64,000 bases of DNA from an uncultured Acidimicrobiales bacterium (GTDB taxonomy: Bacteria > Actinomycetota > Acidimicrobiia > Acidimicrobiales > RAAP-2), in NCBI GenBank assembly GCA_963699105.1, contig CAVOTI010000001.1, positions 186,221-250,220 on the forward strand, written 5' to 3'. The notes under the pieces were generated by a model. It had not been told where the DNA came from and did not search any database. It was given only the letters and a program-made list of their open reading frames with translations. A program made the translations under genes and the position numbers. Shown piece after piece: positions 41,221 through 50,656 of the stretch (position 1 is the first letter of the stretch; every line of letters begins with the position of its first letter).

Positions 41221-41925
41221 ATGGCACCAACCAAAACGCTGTACGTGAAGGAAAAGGACATGCCGCTGTGGGAGCGGTTCGAGAAGGCGGTGAACGACTG
41301 GAACGCTGCAGACAGCGTTAGCGCTCTGATCGCCGAAGCCATGCGTGGATATCTAGATCAGTACGGGGACCAGGGCGGTGGTCTATACGTCTCTGCGCCA
41401 GATGAGGAGCTTCAGACATTCGGCGATGGCATGACGGCAATCCTTGACCGTCATGGCCCTGGGTGGAAGTTGTGCCTTGACCCCGACGTCTTCGGTGACG
41501 ATGCGTACAGTCCCTACGAACTGTCGTCCCGGGATCTGCCAGGTGCCATTACCGAGGCGCGCCAGCATATGGTCCGTGAGCGCGCTCAAGGCGAGATAGC
41601 CGCCGCCGCCCGCCGTCTGCGCGAAGCCCGTGGGGAAGAGGAGATTGCTCAGGAGCGCGAAGGCAGGGATGCCGGGAGGCGTTGGGCGCTGAACGACGCG
41701 ATGCCAAGCGAGTTGCAGGCTGTTTTGGAGTTATCGAATTCTTGGTGGATCTCCATTGAGCCCGACGGACGCGAGTGGCCGACGCTGTACACGGCACTTT
41801 CTGAGAGCATCGACAGTGCCCCCGACGAGCCCTGGGTCATCAGCCGGGATCCCTTCATGGTGGCTTTTTTCGATGCGGCAGCGGAGGTCTACTCCGAAGT
41901 GCTCTCGACCGAAAAGGAGAACTGA
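41221..41925 (+). CDS. Hypothetical protein with possible N-terminal ribbon-helix-helix fold, coupled to the integrase
   Basis: GGAGG lies 5 nt upstream of the ATG at 41221 (the ORF track start of 41209 is less likely). KTLYVKEKDMPLWERFEKAV...SVSALIAEAMRGYL has a beta-alpha-alpha pattern. The stop overlaps the int ATG (TGATG). Confidence 0.45.
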   Translation: MAPTKTLYVKEKDMPLWERFEKAVNDWNAADSVSALIAEAMRGYLDQYGDQGGGLYVSAPDEELQTFGDGMTAILDRHGPGWKLCLDPDVFGDDAYSPYELSSRDLPGAITEARQHMVRERAQGEIAAAARRLREARGEEEIAQEREGRDAGRRWALNDAMPSELQAVLELSNSWWISIEPDGREWPTLYTALSESIDSAPDEPWVISRDPFMVAFFDAAAEVYSEVLSTEKEN

Positions 41926-43052
41926 TGGGCAAGAGAACATTCGGATCGACCCGCAAACTGCCCTCTGGCCGCTACCAGGCGTCCTACTGGCACGAAGGGA
42001 TCCGCTACACCGGACCCAAGACCTTCGACAGTAAGGCCGACGCTAACGCCTTCCTCTCGGAGACTGAGACGAACCTGCGGAAGCAGCTTTGGATCGATCC
42101 TGATGCCGGTGAGATCACCTTCCGCCAGTTCGCCGATGAATGGCTGGAGGCCCGCCTGGACCTACGAGCGACGACCCGCAGCCTCTACCGCATCCTGCTC
42201 GACAAGTGGCTACTCCCCCACCTCGGCGACAAGTCGATCGGCAGCATGACGCCGGAAGTCTGGAAGCGCTGGTTCGTCAAGGTGAGTACCGCCAATCCCG
42301 GCAGCCTGCAACCAGGCAAGGCGTACAAGCTCGCTCACACGATTCTCAATGCCGCCGTTGCCGATCACCGGATCGTCGTGAATACCTGCGTGGTCAAGGG
42401 TGCCGCCAACGAGGAGAGCCCAGAACGGCCTACTGCCACGATCGAGCAGATATTCGCCCTCGCCGATGCCATAGAACCCGAGTACCGCGCCCTGGTGTTG
42501 ATCGGCGCATTTGCATCCCTTCGATTCGGCGAGGCTGCCGGGCTGCGGAGGCGCAGCGTCGACCTTATGCACCGGACGCTCACGGTGACGGACCAGGCCA
42601 TCGAACTGGCTGACGGAAGCACTATGTTCGGACCCCCGAAGACCCCCGCCGGCGTCCGCAAGGTTGCGATCCCCGATTCAGTGTTCGCCACCATTGAGGA
42701 CCACTTGGACGCTCATGTTGGTGTCGATCCTGATGCCCTACTTTTCACCGCCTCCAACGGCACTCCCCTGCGCCGTACGAAGTTCCGCTCACGTTGGCTC
42801 AGGGCGTGCAAGAAGGCAGGCGTGACGGGACTGCACTTCCACGATTTGCGGGGGTCGGGGGCGACGCTGGCGGCTCAACAAGGCGCCACCATCGCAGAGC
42901 TGATGAACCGTCTTGGCCACAAGTCGGCGACCGCTGCAATGAGATACCAGCACGCCACTGCCGAGCGCGATCGGGCCCTCGCCGATGCCATGGGGAAGGC
43001 GATCGAAAATGCCAAGCCTCAACCGGTCGCGAAGATCGCGGCCATCGGATGA
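41925..43052 (+). CDS. int: Tyrosine recombinase / phage integrase
   Basis: Intact 375 aa. N-terminal SAM-like domain. Catalytic region has LRFGEAAGLRR (Arg), HFHDLRGSGATL (HxxR) and GHKSATAAMRYQH (Tyr). Confidence 0.9.
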   Translation: MGKRTFGSTRKLPSGRYQASYWHEGIRYTGPKTFDSKADANAFLSETETNLRKQLWIDPDAGEITFRQFADEWLEARLDLRATTRSLYRILLDKWLLPHLGDKSIGSMTPEVWKRWFVKVSTANPGSLQPGKAYKLAHTILNAAVADHRIVVNTCVVKGAANEESPERPTATIEQIFALADAIEPEYRALVLIGAFASLRFGEAAGLRRRSVDLMHRTLTVTDQAIELADGSTMFGPPKTPAGVRKVAIPDSVFATIEDHLDAHVGVDPDALLFTASNGTPLRRTKFRSRWLRACKKAGVTGLHFHDLRGSGATLAAQQGATIAELMNRLGHKSATAAMRYQHATAERDRALADAMGKAIENAKPQPVAKIAAIG

Positions 43053-43388
43053 CTACTCCTGCGGCAAGTAGTGGCCACAAACCGCAAGATCGTGCTGATG
43101 GTCGCACTGGGCGCACCTGTAGGCGACGTGTAGAGCCTCGGAGCACCTGTGATTGCATGGCAAGCAAAGCTGCGCCGAGAGATTGCGGTGATCATCGTCG
43201 ATATGGGCCATCGGAAGACCTCTTTCTTCTGACTCGAAGCGAGGGAACCAGTGGCACCGATGACGGTGCTCGTTCATACCTCCGCCGACCCGTAAGTCGA
43301 CCGCCCGCACACGCAGACCGAACTTGCCCACGAAGGATACCGCGTCGCGATTGGGGCTGGAGGAGTTCATCGCGCACGAATCGCGCAC
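43053..43388 (-). CDS. Cys/His-rich small ORF between int and att (doubtful)
   Basis: HRHRCHW...CLPCNHRC...CAQCDHQHDLAVCGH. It is convergent with int and the two stops abut. Confidence 0.25.
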   Translation of the reverse strand: MRDSCAMNSSSPNRDAVSFVGKFGLRVRAVDLRVGGGMNEHRHRCHWFPRFESEERGLPMAHIDDDHRNLSAQLCLPCNHRCSEALHVAYRCAQCDHQHDLAVCGHYLPQE

Positions 43389-43449
43389 GCCGCCGACTGG
43401 TCACATCGTGCGACCGTTTTGGTCAGATCAAAGAACCAGGTCAGGAAGA

Positions 43450-43502
43450 GTGTCGGAGGGGGGACTTGAACCCCCACGCCCTTGCGGGCACTAGCCCCTC
43501 AA
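43450..43502. repeat. att site: tRNA-proximal copy of the 53-nt direct repeat
   Basis: Identical to 30338-30390. It forms the 3' half of the intact tRNA-Leu. Confidence 0.95.
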
Positions 43503-43534
43503 GCTAGCGCGTCTGCCTATTCCGCCACTCCGAC
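43451..43534 (-). tRNA. tRNA-Leu (anticodon GAG)
   Basis: Reverse complement: GTCGGAGTGGCGGAATAGGCAGACGCGCTAGCTTGAGGGGCTAGTGCCCGCAAGGGCGTGGGGGTTCAAGTCCCCCCTCCGACA. 7-bp acceptor stem. Anticodon stem CTAGC/GCTAG with loop TTGAGGG. Long variable arm. T-loop GGTTCAAGTCC. Discriminator A. No encoded CCA. Confidence 0.9.
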
Positions 43535-43669
43535 GAAGTGGCACCGATATGCCTATCGGGGCGACTGGCATGGTAGCAAGCCTCGGGGTGGCTCATGACA
43601 CGCCTGACCGGTGACCGAGAACGTCGGACGGCAACTCGCAGACGGTTGCGTCCGGCGGCTCGAGACGGT

Positions 43670-45457
43670 TCACGTCCCTGCCTGGGACGGGCCCGGCCTG
43701 AGGGTGTTCCACAGCGAGACATTCCACAGGATGCCGTCCACCGAGGGGTTGTACTCCATGCCGGTGATCTGGACGCCGCTGGCCAGGAGCCCGGGTGCCT
43801 CGAAGAGGGGCAAGGCGATCATCTGATCCCACAGTTGGTCGTCGATCTCGTCGTAGACGGCCCCCCCGGTGACCGGATCGAGTGCCTGGGCCGCCTCGGC
43901 GAACAGTTGATCCACCTGGGGGTCGTCGAACTGGCTCCAATCCTGTTGGTCCTCGGCCCCTATGCCTCCCTGCGTCTCCGAGTACCAGTCCGCCGTAACC
44001 GTGAGGTAGGGGCTGGCCACCCGGGTCACGAGGGCCATGTCGTAAGAGTCGGACGAAGCCAGTGCGGTCAGGCCTGGCACCCCGTCGGCCGGCACGGTCA
44101 CCACCGAGATGCCGGCGTCGTGCAGTTGGGCGGTGATCTGTCCCGCCACTTGGCTGATCCACGGATCTCCGAGCTCCACCGCCATCCGGAGGGTGAGGGG
44201 CTTCCCTTGGGCGTCGACGTAGTCCCCGAGGTCGTCCCGGTGGTAACCGAGGCTCTTGAGCAGATGATCGGTGGCGGCCAGGTCGACGGTGGTGTACTCG
44301 CCGGAGGCCGAGGATGGGGTGTACTGCGACTGGGACTGTGCCGCCAGGTGGTCCTCGTCGACCGTCAGGCCGGAGTCGATGGATCCGAAGACGTGGGTCA
44401 ACAGGGACGTCCGGTCGATGGCGTGGGCGATCGCCTCTCGGGCTGCCGGGCGGGAGGTGATGGGCGACGCCACATTGAACTCGAGGTCCAGAGTGGTCAG
44501 CGAAGGTCTGATCATGCTCTGGGTGTTCGGGAGTGAGGTGACCGCCTGGAGGGCGTTCATGTCGAAGCTGGTCGGCTGGACGACCGTGTGGTTGTTGTCG
44601 GCCAGAGCCGACGTCCAGGTCCGCGCATCGGGGGCCAGGTTGACGGTGACCCGGTCGAGGACGGCGGGTGTGCCCCACCACTTCGGGTTCCGGATGAGCA
44701 CGGCCTGGTCACCGGACACCGAGTGGAGGACATAAGGCCCGGCCGAAAGATCGATGGCGGGGTTGAAGGTGTCGAACCCCTGGTTCCAGCCCACCCGACG
44801 GGCGATGTGGGCCGGCACCATGTGATCGAAGAGGTCGCGCCAGTCGGTGTACGGCGTGCTGAACACCACGGTGACCGTCTTCCCGTCATGACTGGGCGTC
44901 ACCGACGACACGTCGTCGTAGCCCAGGGTGGAGGCGACCTGGTCGGGTTGACCGTCGACGTCGATCCCGTCGCCCCGCTGGGACTGCCAGGCGTACACGA
45001 AGTCGTCAGCCGTCACCGGCACCCCGTCCGACCAGGTGGCGTTGGGATTGATCACGTACTGAATGGTGAGGGGGGACGTCGACGTCGCCTCCACGCTGAC
45101 CAGCAGGTCCGGGTTGACCTCGGGAATCAGCTTCGCATTGACCACATAGGCGCTGGGAAGGACTGAGGTCAAAAGGGCCGGGGTGCTGGACGTGGCCCCG
45201 GCCGGGGTGTTGGGGTTGAACCCCGACCACGGGCTGTCGAACTCGACGGTGGCCGCTCCCCCGGTGGCCGCCACCAGCTGCGAGGTCGACACTTGATCGA
45301 CCTGGCTGATCTTGTGGGACCCCAGGTGGTCGACGAGAGCCACCGCTCCAATGATCACGATGATGACCAAGGGCAGCGTCCATCTGGCCCGGTGCTTCTG
45401 CCAGATCGAGGCGATACGGGGCCGGCTCGAGGCGGACCCGGCGCCGCCGTCGCTCAC
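43670..45457 (-). CDS. ABC-transporter substrate-binding protein, family 5 (peptide/nickel type), membrane-anchored
   Basis: Intact 595 aa. N-terminal TM anchor WTLPLVIIVIIGAVALV. SBP_bac_5-like body (WSDGVPVTADDFVYAW...). The GTG start overlaps the secG stop (GTGA). Confidence 0.75.
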   Translation of the reverse strand: MSDGGAGSASSRPRIASIWQKHRARWTLPLVIIVIIGAVALVDHLGSHKISQVDQVSTSQLVAATGGAATVEFDSPWSGFNPNTPAGATSSTPALLTSVLPSAYVVNAKLIPEVNPDLLVSVEATSTSPLTIQYVINPNATWSDGVPVTADDFVYAWQSQRGDGIDVDGQPDQVASTLGYDDVSSVTPSHDGKTVTVVFSTPYTDWRDLFDHMVPAHIARRVGWNQGFDTFNPAIDLSAGPYVLHSVSGDQAVLIRNPKWWGTPAVLDRVTVNLAPDARTWTSALADNNHTVVQPTSFDMNALQAVTSLPNTQSMIRPSLTTLDLEFNVASPITSRPAAREAIAHAIDRTSLLTHVFGSIDSGLTVDEDHLAAQSQSQYTPSSASGEYTTVDLAATDHLLKSLGYHRDDLGDYVDAQGKPLTLRMAVELGDPWISQVAGQITAQLHDAGISVVTVPADGVPGLTALASSDSYDMALVTRVASPYLTVTADWYSETQGGIGAEDQQDWSQFDDPQVDQLFAEAAQALDPVTGGAVYDEIDDQLWDQMIALPLFEAPGLLASGVQITGMEYNPSVDGILWNVSLWNTLRPGPSQAGT

Positions 45458-45684
45458 TGCAGGCGCAGGATGAGGATCAGATTGGTGAAGGCGAAGATGA
45501 CGGCCACGGTGACAGTGATCCTGTCCAGGTTCTTCTCGACGACCGTCGACCCGGCGGCGGCCGATCCGACCGAACCGCCGAACATGTCAGACAGGCCCCC
45601 GCCCTTCCCGCTGTGCATCAGGATGAGGAAGATCAGTGTCAGGCTGGCCAGGATCTGCAATACGACGATGATTGCGGTCAGCAC
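45454..45684 (-). CDS. secG: Preprotein translocase subunit SecG
   Basis: MLTAIIVVLQILASLTLIFLILMHSGKGGGLSDMFGG...LDRITVTVAVIFAFTNLIL. Confidence 0.9.
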   Translation of the reverse strand: MLTAIIVVLQILASLTLIFLILMHSGKGGGLSDMFGGSVGSAAAGSTVVEKNLDRITVTVAVIFAFTNLILILRLQ

Positions 45685-45730
45685 GCGACGCTCCTCCTCA
45701 GGCTTTCGACCGGATGGAACGCTAGCAAAC

Positions 45731-46534
45731 TCAGCGCATTGCCTGGGTGGCGGCCCTGATGATCCCCACGAACGCCGTCATATCGAGGCTGGCCCCGCCG
45801 ACCAGGGCACCGTCCACATCCGGGCATTCGACGAGCGCACCGGCGTTCTCCTCGGTGACCGACCCCCCGTACTGGATGCGGACCAGGTCGGCGGCTTCGG
45901 CGCCGACCGAGCGACCCACCACCTCTCGGATCCACCGGCTGGCGTCCTGGGCGTCCTCGGGGGTGGCTGCCTGGCCGGACCCGATGGCCCACAGCGGCTC
46001 GTAGGCGATCACCACTCCGGCCACCACCTCTGGGGCGAGGGACGAGACGGCCGACTCCACCTGGTCGGCCAGTCGGTCCTTGGTCGCCCCGATCTGCCGC
46101 TCCTCGAGCGTCTCCCCCACGCAGCACACCGGGGTCATGCCGTTGCGCAGGACGGCTCTCAACTTGGTGGCCACCAGCTCGTCCGACTCGCCGAACAGGC
46201 GCCGGCGTTCGGAGTGGCCGACGATGACGTACTCCACGTGCAGCTTGGCCAGCATCAGGGGGCTGACCTCGCCGGTGAACGGCCCCGAATCCTCGGCCGC
46301 GCAGTTCTGGGCGCCCAGCGCCACCGGAATGCCCTCGGGCTCGATGACCGATTGGACGGTGCGGATGTCGGTGAAGGGCGGGTGGACCGACACGTCGATT
46401 ACCGCGACATCGGCCGGTTGCAGCCGCAGGCCCAGATCCCGCACGGCGTGGAGGGCTTCGTGGTGGTCGAAGTTCATCTTCCAGTTACCGCTGATCAGCG
46501 GCCGCCGGACCGCGGCCGCCGTCACCGGCCGGTC
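45731..46534 (-). CDS. tpiA: Triose-phosphate isomerase
   Basis: [17 protein letters not shown]...[38 protein letters not shown]...[12 protein letters not shown]...QYGGSV. The GTG start is at ~46534. Confidence 0.9.
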   Translation of the reverse strand, partial: DRPVTAAAVRRPLISGNWKMNFDHHEALHAVRDLGLRLQPADVAVIDVSVHPPFTDIRTVQSVIEPEGIPVALGAQNCAAEDSGPFTGEVSPLMLAKLHVEYVIVGHSERRRLFGESDELVATKLRAVLRNGMTPVCCVGETLEERQIGATKDRLADQVESAVSSLAPEVVAGVVIAYEPLWAIGSGQAATPEDAQDASRWIREVVGRSVGAEAADLVRIQYGGSVTEENAGALVECPDVDGALVGGASLDMTAFVGIIRAATQAMR

Positions 46535-47734
46535 GGGCCCGGTGAATCGTGATCCTCGACCGCCGGTGCGTTGCTGGCTCCGCGGAGGGCCGCCAGCCCG
46601 GGGAGGTCGCCGTACTCCAGGAGCTCGAGCGAGGCACCCCCGCCGGTGGAGATGAAGCTGATGCGGTCCTCGAGGCCGAGGGCGTCCACCGCCGCCGCAC
46701 TGTCTCCGCCGCCCACCACCGTGAACCCGGTGCAGGCGGCCATGGCCCGGGCCACCATTTCGGTCCCGGCCGAGAACCGGACATCCTCGAAGGCGCCCAT
46801 GGGGCCGTTCCACAGGACGGTGCCGGCCGATTCGATCAGTCGACCGTAGGCATCGGCGGTGGCCGGTCCGATGTCCAGACCCGCGCCACCCGTCGGGGAC
46901 GTCGCGCCCCACCGTCTTGAACGTGCCGTCGGTGCAGTCGCAGCCGAAGGGGGCGTCGGCTTGCAGGGCCACGATGTCGGTGGGCAGCAGGATCGGCTTG
47001 TCGGACCGGAGGAGTTCGGCGCACTCGGGCAAGCGGTCCACGTCCACCATCGAGTCACCGATGTCGTGGCCGGCGGCGGCCAGGAAGGTGAAGGCCATCC
47101 CTCCCCCCACCACCAGGGCGTCGACCCGGGTGAGGAGGGACCTGAGCACGCCGAGTTTGTCGGCCACCTTGGCTCCCCCCACCACGGCGACGAAGGGGCG
47201 GGCCGGCGATCCGAGCAGGGCCCCGAGCGCCTCGATCTCCCGCTGCAACAGAAGCCCGGCTGCACTAGGCAACCGCTGGGGAGGACCGACCACCGAGGCG
47301 TGGCTGCGGTGGGACACGCCGAAGGCGTCGTTGACGTAGGCGTCGTGCCCGTTGATCAGCTTGTCCACAAAGGCCGGATCGTTCTGCTCCTCACCCGGAT
47401 AGAACCTCAGGTTCTCCATCAGCTCGACCTGGGGGGCCAGCCGGGCCAGCTCCTCCCGCACCGGGGCGAGGTCGTAGCGGGGGTCGGGGGCCCCGTTGGG
47501 CCGTCCCAGGTGGGTGCAGGCCGTCACACTGGCCCCCCGGTCCAACAGGTACTCGAGGGTGGGGAGGGCGGCCCGGATCCGGAAGTCGTCGGTCACGGTG
47601 GAGGGAGCATCGGTGCAGGGTCGGAGGGGAACGTTGAAGTCGACCCGGACGAGCACGCTGGCTCCGTGCAGGTCGGGCAGATCCGACAGCAACGGCAATC
47701 CCCTGAGTAGTGGATTATCCGAATCACCGCTCAT
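46522..47734 (-). CDS. pgk: Phosphoglycerate kinase, one frameshift (~46879)
   Basis: N-terminus [16 protein letters not shown]...THLGRP...[11 protein letters not shown]...NDAFGVSHR. After the shift: [12 protein letters not shown]...[11 protein letters not shown]...[11 protein letters not shown]...[13 protein letters not shown] (ORF 46522..47265). Confidence 0.9.
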
Positions 47735-47774
47735 TTCCTGGTTCCCCTCTTTCCCTGTCTCGCCGTCTTCCGGT

Positions 47775-48800
47775 TCAGCTGCCGACTCTGCCGATGACGA
47801 GCGACAGGTCCACGAGGCGGTTCGCGTACCCCCACTCGTTGTCGTACCAGCCTTCCACCTTGACCAGGGTGATCCCCGATGCCGATGGCATGACCATGGT
47901 GAGCCCGGCGTCGAACGTGCACGAGGCCGGGCTGCCGACGATGTCCGAGGACACGATGGGGTCCTCGGTGTACACCAGCACCCGGGACAGCGGCCCCGAG
48001 GCGGCGGCGGCGGCGAACGCCGCGTTCACCTGGTCGACGCTGACCTCACCGGGGATGACGGCGGTGAAGTCGGTGATGGAGCCGTCGGCCACCGGCACCC
48101 GGAGCCCCATGGCGTCCAGCTTGCCCTTCATGGCCTGGAGGACCAGACCGGTGGCCCGGGCCGCTCCGGTGGACACGGGGACGATGTTGACGGCTGCCGC
48201 CCGGGCCCGTCGCAGGTCCCGGTGAGGGAGGTCGAGCAGGTTCTGGTCGTTGGTGAAGGCGTGCACGGTGGTCATCAATCCGCTCTCGACCCCGAAGGCG
48301 TCGTCGAGGACCTTGACCATGGGGACGAAGCAGTTGGTGGTGCACGAGGCGTTGGAGACCACGAAGTCCTTGGCCGGGTCGAATTCGGAGTCGTTGACCC
48401 CGACGACGAAGGTGGCGTCCACCCCCGAGGCCGGGGCCGAGACGATCACCCGGGAGGCGCCCGCCTCCAGGTGGGACGCCGCTGTCTCGCGGGTGGTGAA
48501 CAGTCCGGTCGACTCGATGACCACCTCTACGCCCAGCCGGTCCCACGGCAGGGCCTTCGGTTCGCGCTCGCTCAACACCTCGATGGGACCGGTGTCGAGG
48601 ACGATCGACGATTCCGAGACACCGACCTCGCCTCCGAACCGGCCGTGGGTCGAGTCGTAGCGGAGCAGATGGGCCAGGGTGTCGGGTGATGTCAGGTCAT
48701 TGACGGCCACGACCTCCACATCGGCATCGGTCGCCCGGACCGCTCGGAGATAGTTGCGACCGATGCGCCCGAACCCGTTGATACCAACCCGTACCGTCAT
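47775..48800 (-). CDS. gap: Glyceraldehyde-3-phosphate dehydrogenase (type I)
   Basis: MTVRVGINGFGRIGRNYLRA...SNASCTTNCFVPMVKVL...WYDNEWGY. Intact 341 aa. Confidence 0.95.
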   Translation of the reverse strand: MTVRVGINGFGRIGRNYLRAVRATDADVEVVAVNDLTSPDTLAHLLRYDSTHGRFGGEVGVSESSIVLDTGPIEVLSEREPKALPWDRLGVEVVIESTGLFTTRETAASHLEAGASRVIVSAPASGVDATFVVGVNDSEFDPAKDFVVSNASCTTNCFVPMVKVLDDAFGVESGLMTTVHAFTNDQNLLDLPHRDLRRARAAAVNIVPVSTGAARATGLVLQAMKGKLDAMGLRVPVADGSITDFTAVIPGEVSVDQVNAAFAAAAASGPLSRVLVYTEDPIVSSDIVGSPASCTFDAGLTMVMPSASGITLVKVEGWYDNEWGYANRLVDLSLVIGRVGS

Positions 48801-48917
48801 TGCCCTCGTGCCTCACTTCGGTGTCCTGCATGTCCACTGTGCCCTACGGTGCGTCGATGTCCCCTGCGGCGGACGGAAAGCAGCGACCACGCTAGGCGAA
48901 ATTGACGGTTCACGGCA

Positions 48918-49808
48918 TCATCCGAGCAGATCACAGAGGGCCGACGCCAGTTTGGGAGGATCGTGAGCCAGGCCGTGAGCCCGGCCGAGGGGCCGGTCGA
49001 CCACCGGCACCGGTGCGTTTCCCAGGGGAAGTCCCGAGGTGTCGCACACCACCACGTCGACGCTCACACCGTGGGCCACCAGGGCTTCGATGTGCATGCC
49101 GACGTCGAAGGCCTCGGTTTCGGGCACCTGCGGGCGGAGGTTGCAGACGTAGACCTTCTGGGCCGGAGAACGGTTGATTGCCTCCCGGATGCCGGGCACG
49201 GCGACGGCGGCCAGGACGCTGGTGAACAGGGAACCGGGCCCCAGCACGATCTGGTCGGCCCCGCCGATGGCGGCCACGGCTGCCGGGGGGGCCTCGGGGT
49301 CGGCGGGCACCAGCGACACGGTGCGGATGTTGTCGGTCGCCCCCACCGCCACCTGGCCGGCCACCTGGCCGCCATCCGATTCGGCCTTGAGCACCACCAG
49401 GTCGGTGGTGGCCGGCAGCACCCTCCCCCGCACGCCGAGGAGCCGGCAGGCCTCGTCGAGGGCCACGATGGGATCGCCGCTCCCGTCGATCAGGCCGGCC
49501 AGGACCAGGTTGCCCAGGGCGTGACCGTTCAGCTCCTCGTCGGTGAACCGGTACTCGAACGCCGCCGCCAGGGGCGAACCGGGCTCGGCCATGGCCACCA
49601 GGCACATCCGCAGGTCGCCGGGCGGGATGATGTGGAGGAGCTGGCGGAGCCGTCCCGACGAACCGCCGTCGTCGGCCACCGAGACCACGGCGGTGACCTG
49701 ATCGGTGTAGGTGCGCACCGCTCGCAGGGTGGCGGCCAGTCCGTGGCCCCCACCCACGGCCACCACCGCCGGTCGGCCGCTCCCCGTCCCGTTTGCCGCC
49801 GGGCTCAT
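48918..49808 (-). CDS. yvcK: YvcK/CuvA-like gluconeogenesis factor (CofD-related)
   Basis: VVAVGGGHGLAATLRAVRTYTDQVTAVVSVADDGGSSGRLR...PPGDLRMCLVA...GHALGNLVLAGL. The ATG overlaps the rapZ stop (ATGA). Confidence 0.85.
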   Translation of the reverse strand: MSPAANGTGSGRPAVVAVGGGHGLAATLRAVRTYTDQVTAVVSVADDGGSSGRLRQLLHIIPPGDLRMCLVAMAEPGSPLAAAFEYRFTDEELNGHALGNLVLAGLIDGSGDPIVALDEACRLLGVRGRVLPATTDLVVLKAESDGGQVAGQVAVGATDNIRTVSLVPADPEAPPAAVAAIGGADQIVLGPGSLFTSVLAAVAVPGIREAINRSPAQKVYVCNLRPQVPETEAFDVGMHIEALVAHGVSVDVVVCDTSGLPLGNAPVPVVDRPLGRAHGLAHDPPKLASALCDLLG

Positions 49809-50656
49809 CGCTCGACGTCCCGGTGGAAGACGGTGGCGGGCAGACCGTGGTCGTGGAGCCGGCGGGCCAGCTCCTCGGCCAGGACCACCGACCGGTGGCG
49901 GCCACCGGTGCAGCCCATGGCCACCGTCAGATAGGACTTGCCCTCTTTGATGTAGGCCGGGATGAGCATGGACAAGAGGTCGTCGAGCTTGTCGAGGAAC
50001 TCCGACGTCTCGGGTCGTTCGAGGACGAACGCCCGGACCTGTGGTTCGAGCCCGCTGTGGTTGCGCAGCGTCTCGTCCCAGTAGGGGTTGGGGAGGAACC
50101 GGCAGTCGAACATCAGGTCCACGTCGAGCGGGACCCCGTGCTTGAAGCCGAACGACAGGATGGAGGTCTGCATGGTCGACCCGGGCTCGTCGCCCCCGAA
50201 CACCTCCATCAGCCGGATCCGGAGCTGGTTGGTGTTGAGGTCCCCGGTGTCGATGACCAGGTCGGCACGATCCCGCAGGGCCTGGAGGAGGTGGCGCTCG
50301 TCGGTGATGGAGTCGACCACGCCGCGGGCCGCCTGGGGGTGCCGACGACGGGTTCCTTCGAACCGCCGGATCAGCACGTCGTCGGCGGCGTCGAGGAACA
50401 GGATCCGCACCCGGTTCCGGCCCGACTGGAGCACGTCGACGGCCGGGAGGACTTCGTCGAGGTCTCCCCCGCCCCGACCGACCACGAAGGCCACCCGCTC
50501 CATCTCGGATCCCGATCCGGTCACCAGTTCGGACACCTTGGAGATGAGGGCCGACGGCATGTTGTCGATGACGAACCAGCCGAGGTCCTCGAGGGTGGCC
50601 CCCGCAGTAGACCGCCCGGCGCCCGACATGCCGGTAACCACCAGATACTCGCTCAT
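49805..50656 (-). CDS. rapZ: RNase adapter / nucleotide-binding protein RapZ (YvcJ)
   Basis: MSEYLVVTGMSGAGRSTAGATLEDLGWFVIDNMP...FLDA...SFGFKHG.P.DVDLMFDCRFLPNPYW...VAMGCTGGRHRSV. Confidence 0.9.
   Translation of the reverse strand: MSEYLVVTGMSGAGRSTAGATLEDLGWFVIDNMPSALISKVSELVTGSGSEMERVAFVVGRGGGDLDEVLPAVDVLQSGRNRVRILFLDAADDVLIRRFEGTRRRHPQAARGVVDSITDERHLLQALRDRADLVIDTGDLNTNQLRIRLMEVFGGDEPGSTMQTSILSFGFKHGVPLDVDLMFDCRFLPNPYWDETLRNHSGLEPQVRAFVLERPETSEFLDKLDDLLSMLIPAYIKEGKSYLTVAMGCTGGRHRSVVLAEELARRLHDHGLPATVFHRDVER

Larger units (their letters stand above)
30338..43502. mobile_element. 13.1 kb integrative phage-derived element (satellite-like or prophage remnant) inserted in tRNA-Leu(GAG)
   Basis: 53-nt direct repeats at both ends. 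A tyrosine integrase sits next to the intact tRNA. It carries Xis-like HTH, DUF3631, HNH, TerS, TerL and prohead protease genes. GC is visibly lower than the flanks. Confidence 0.85.
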
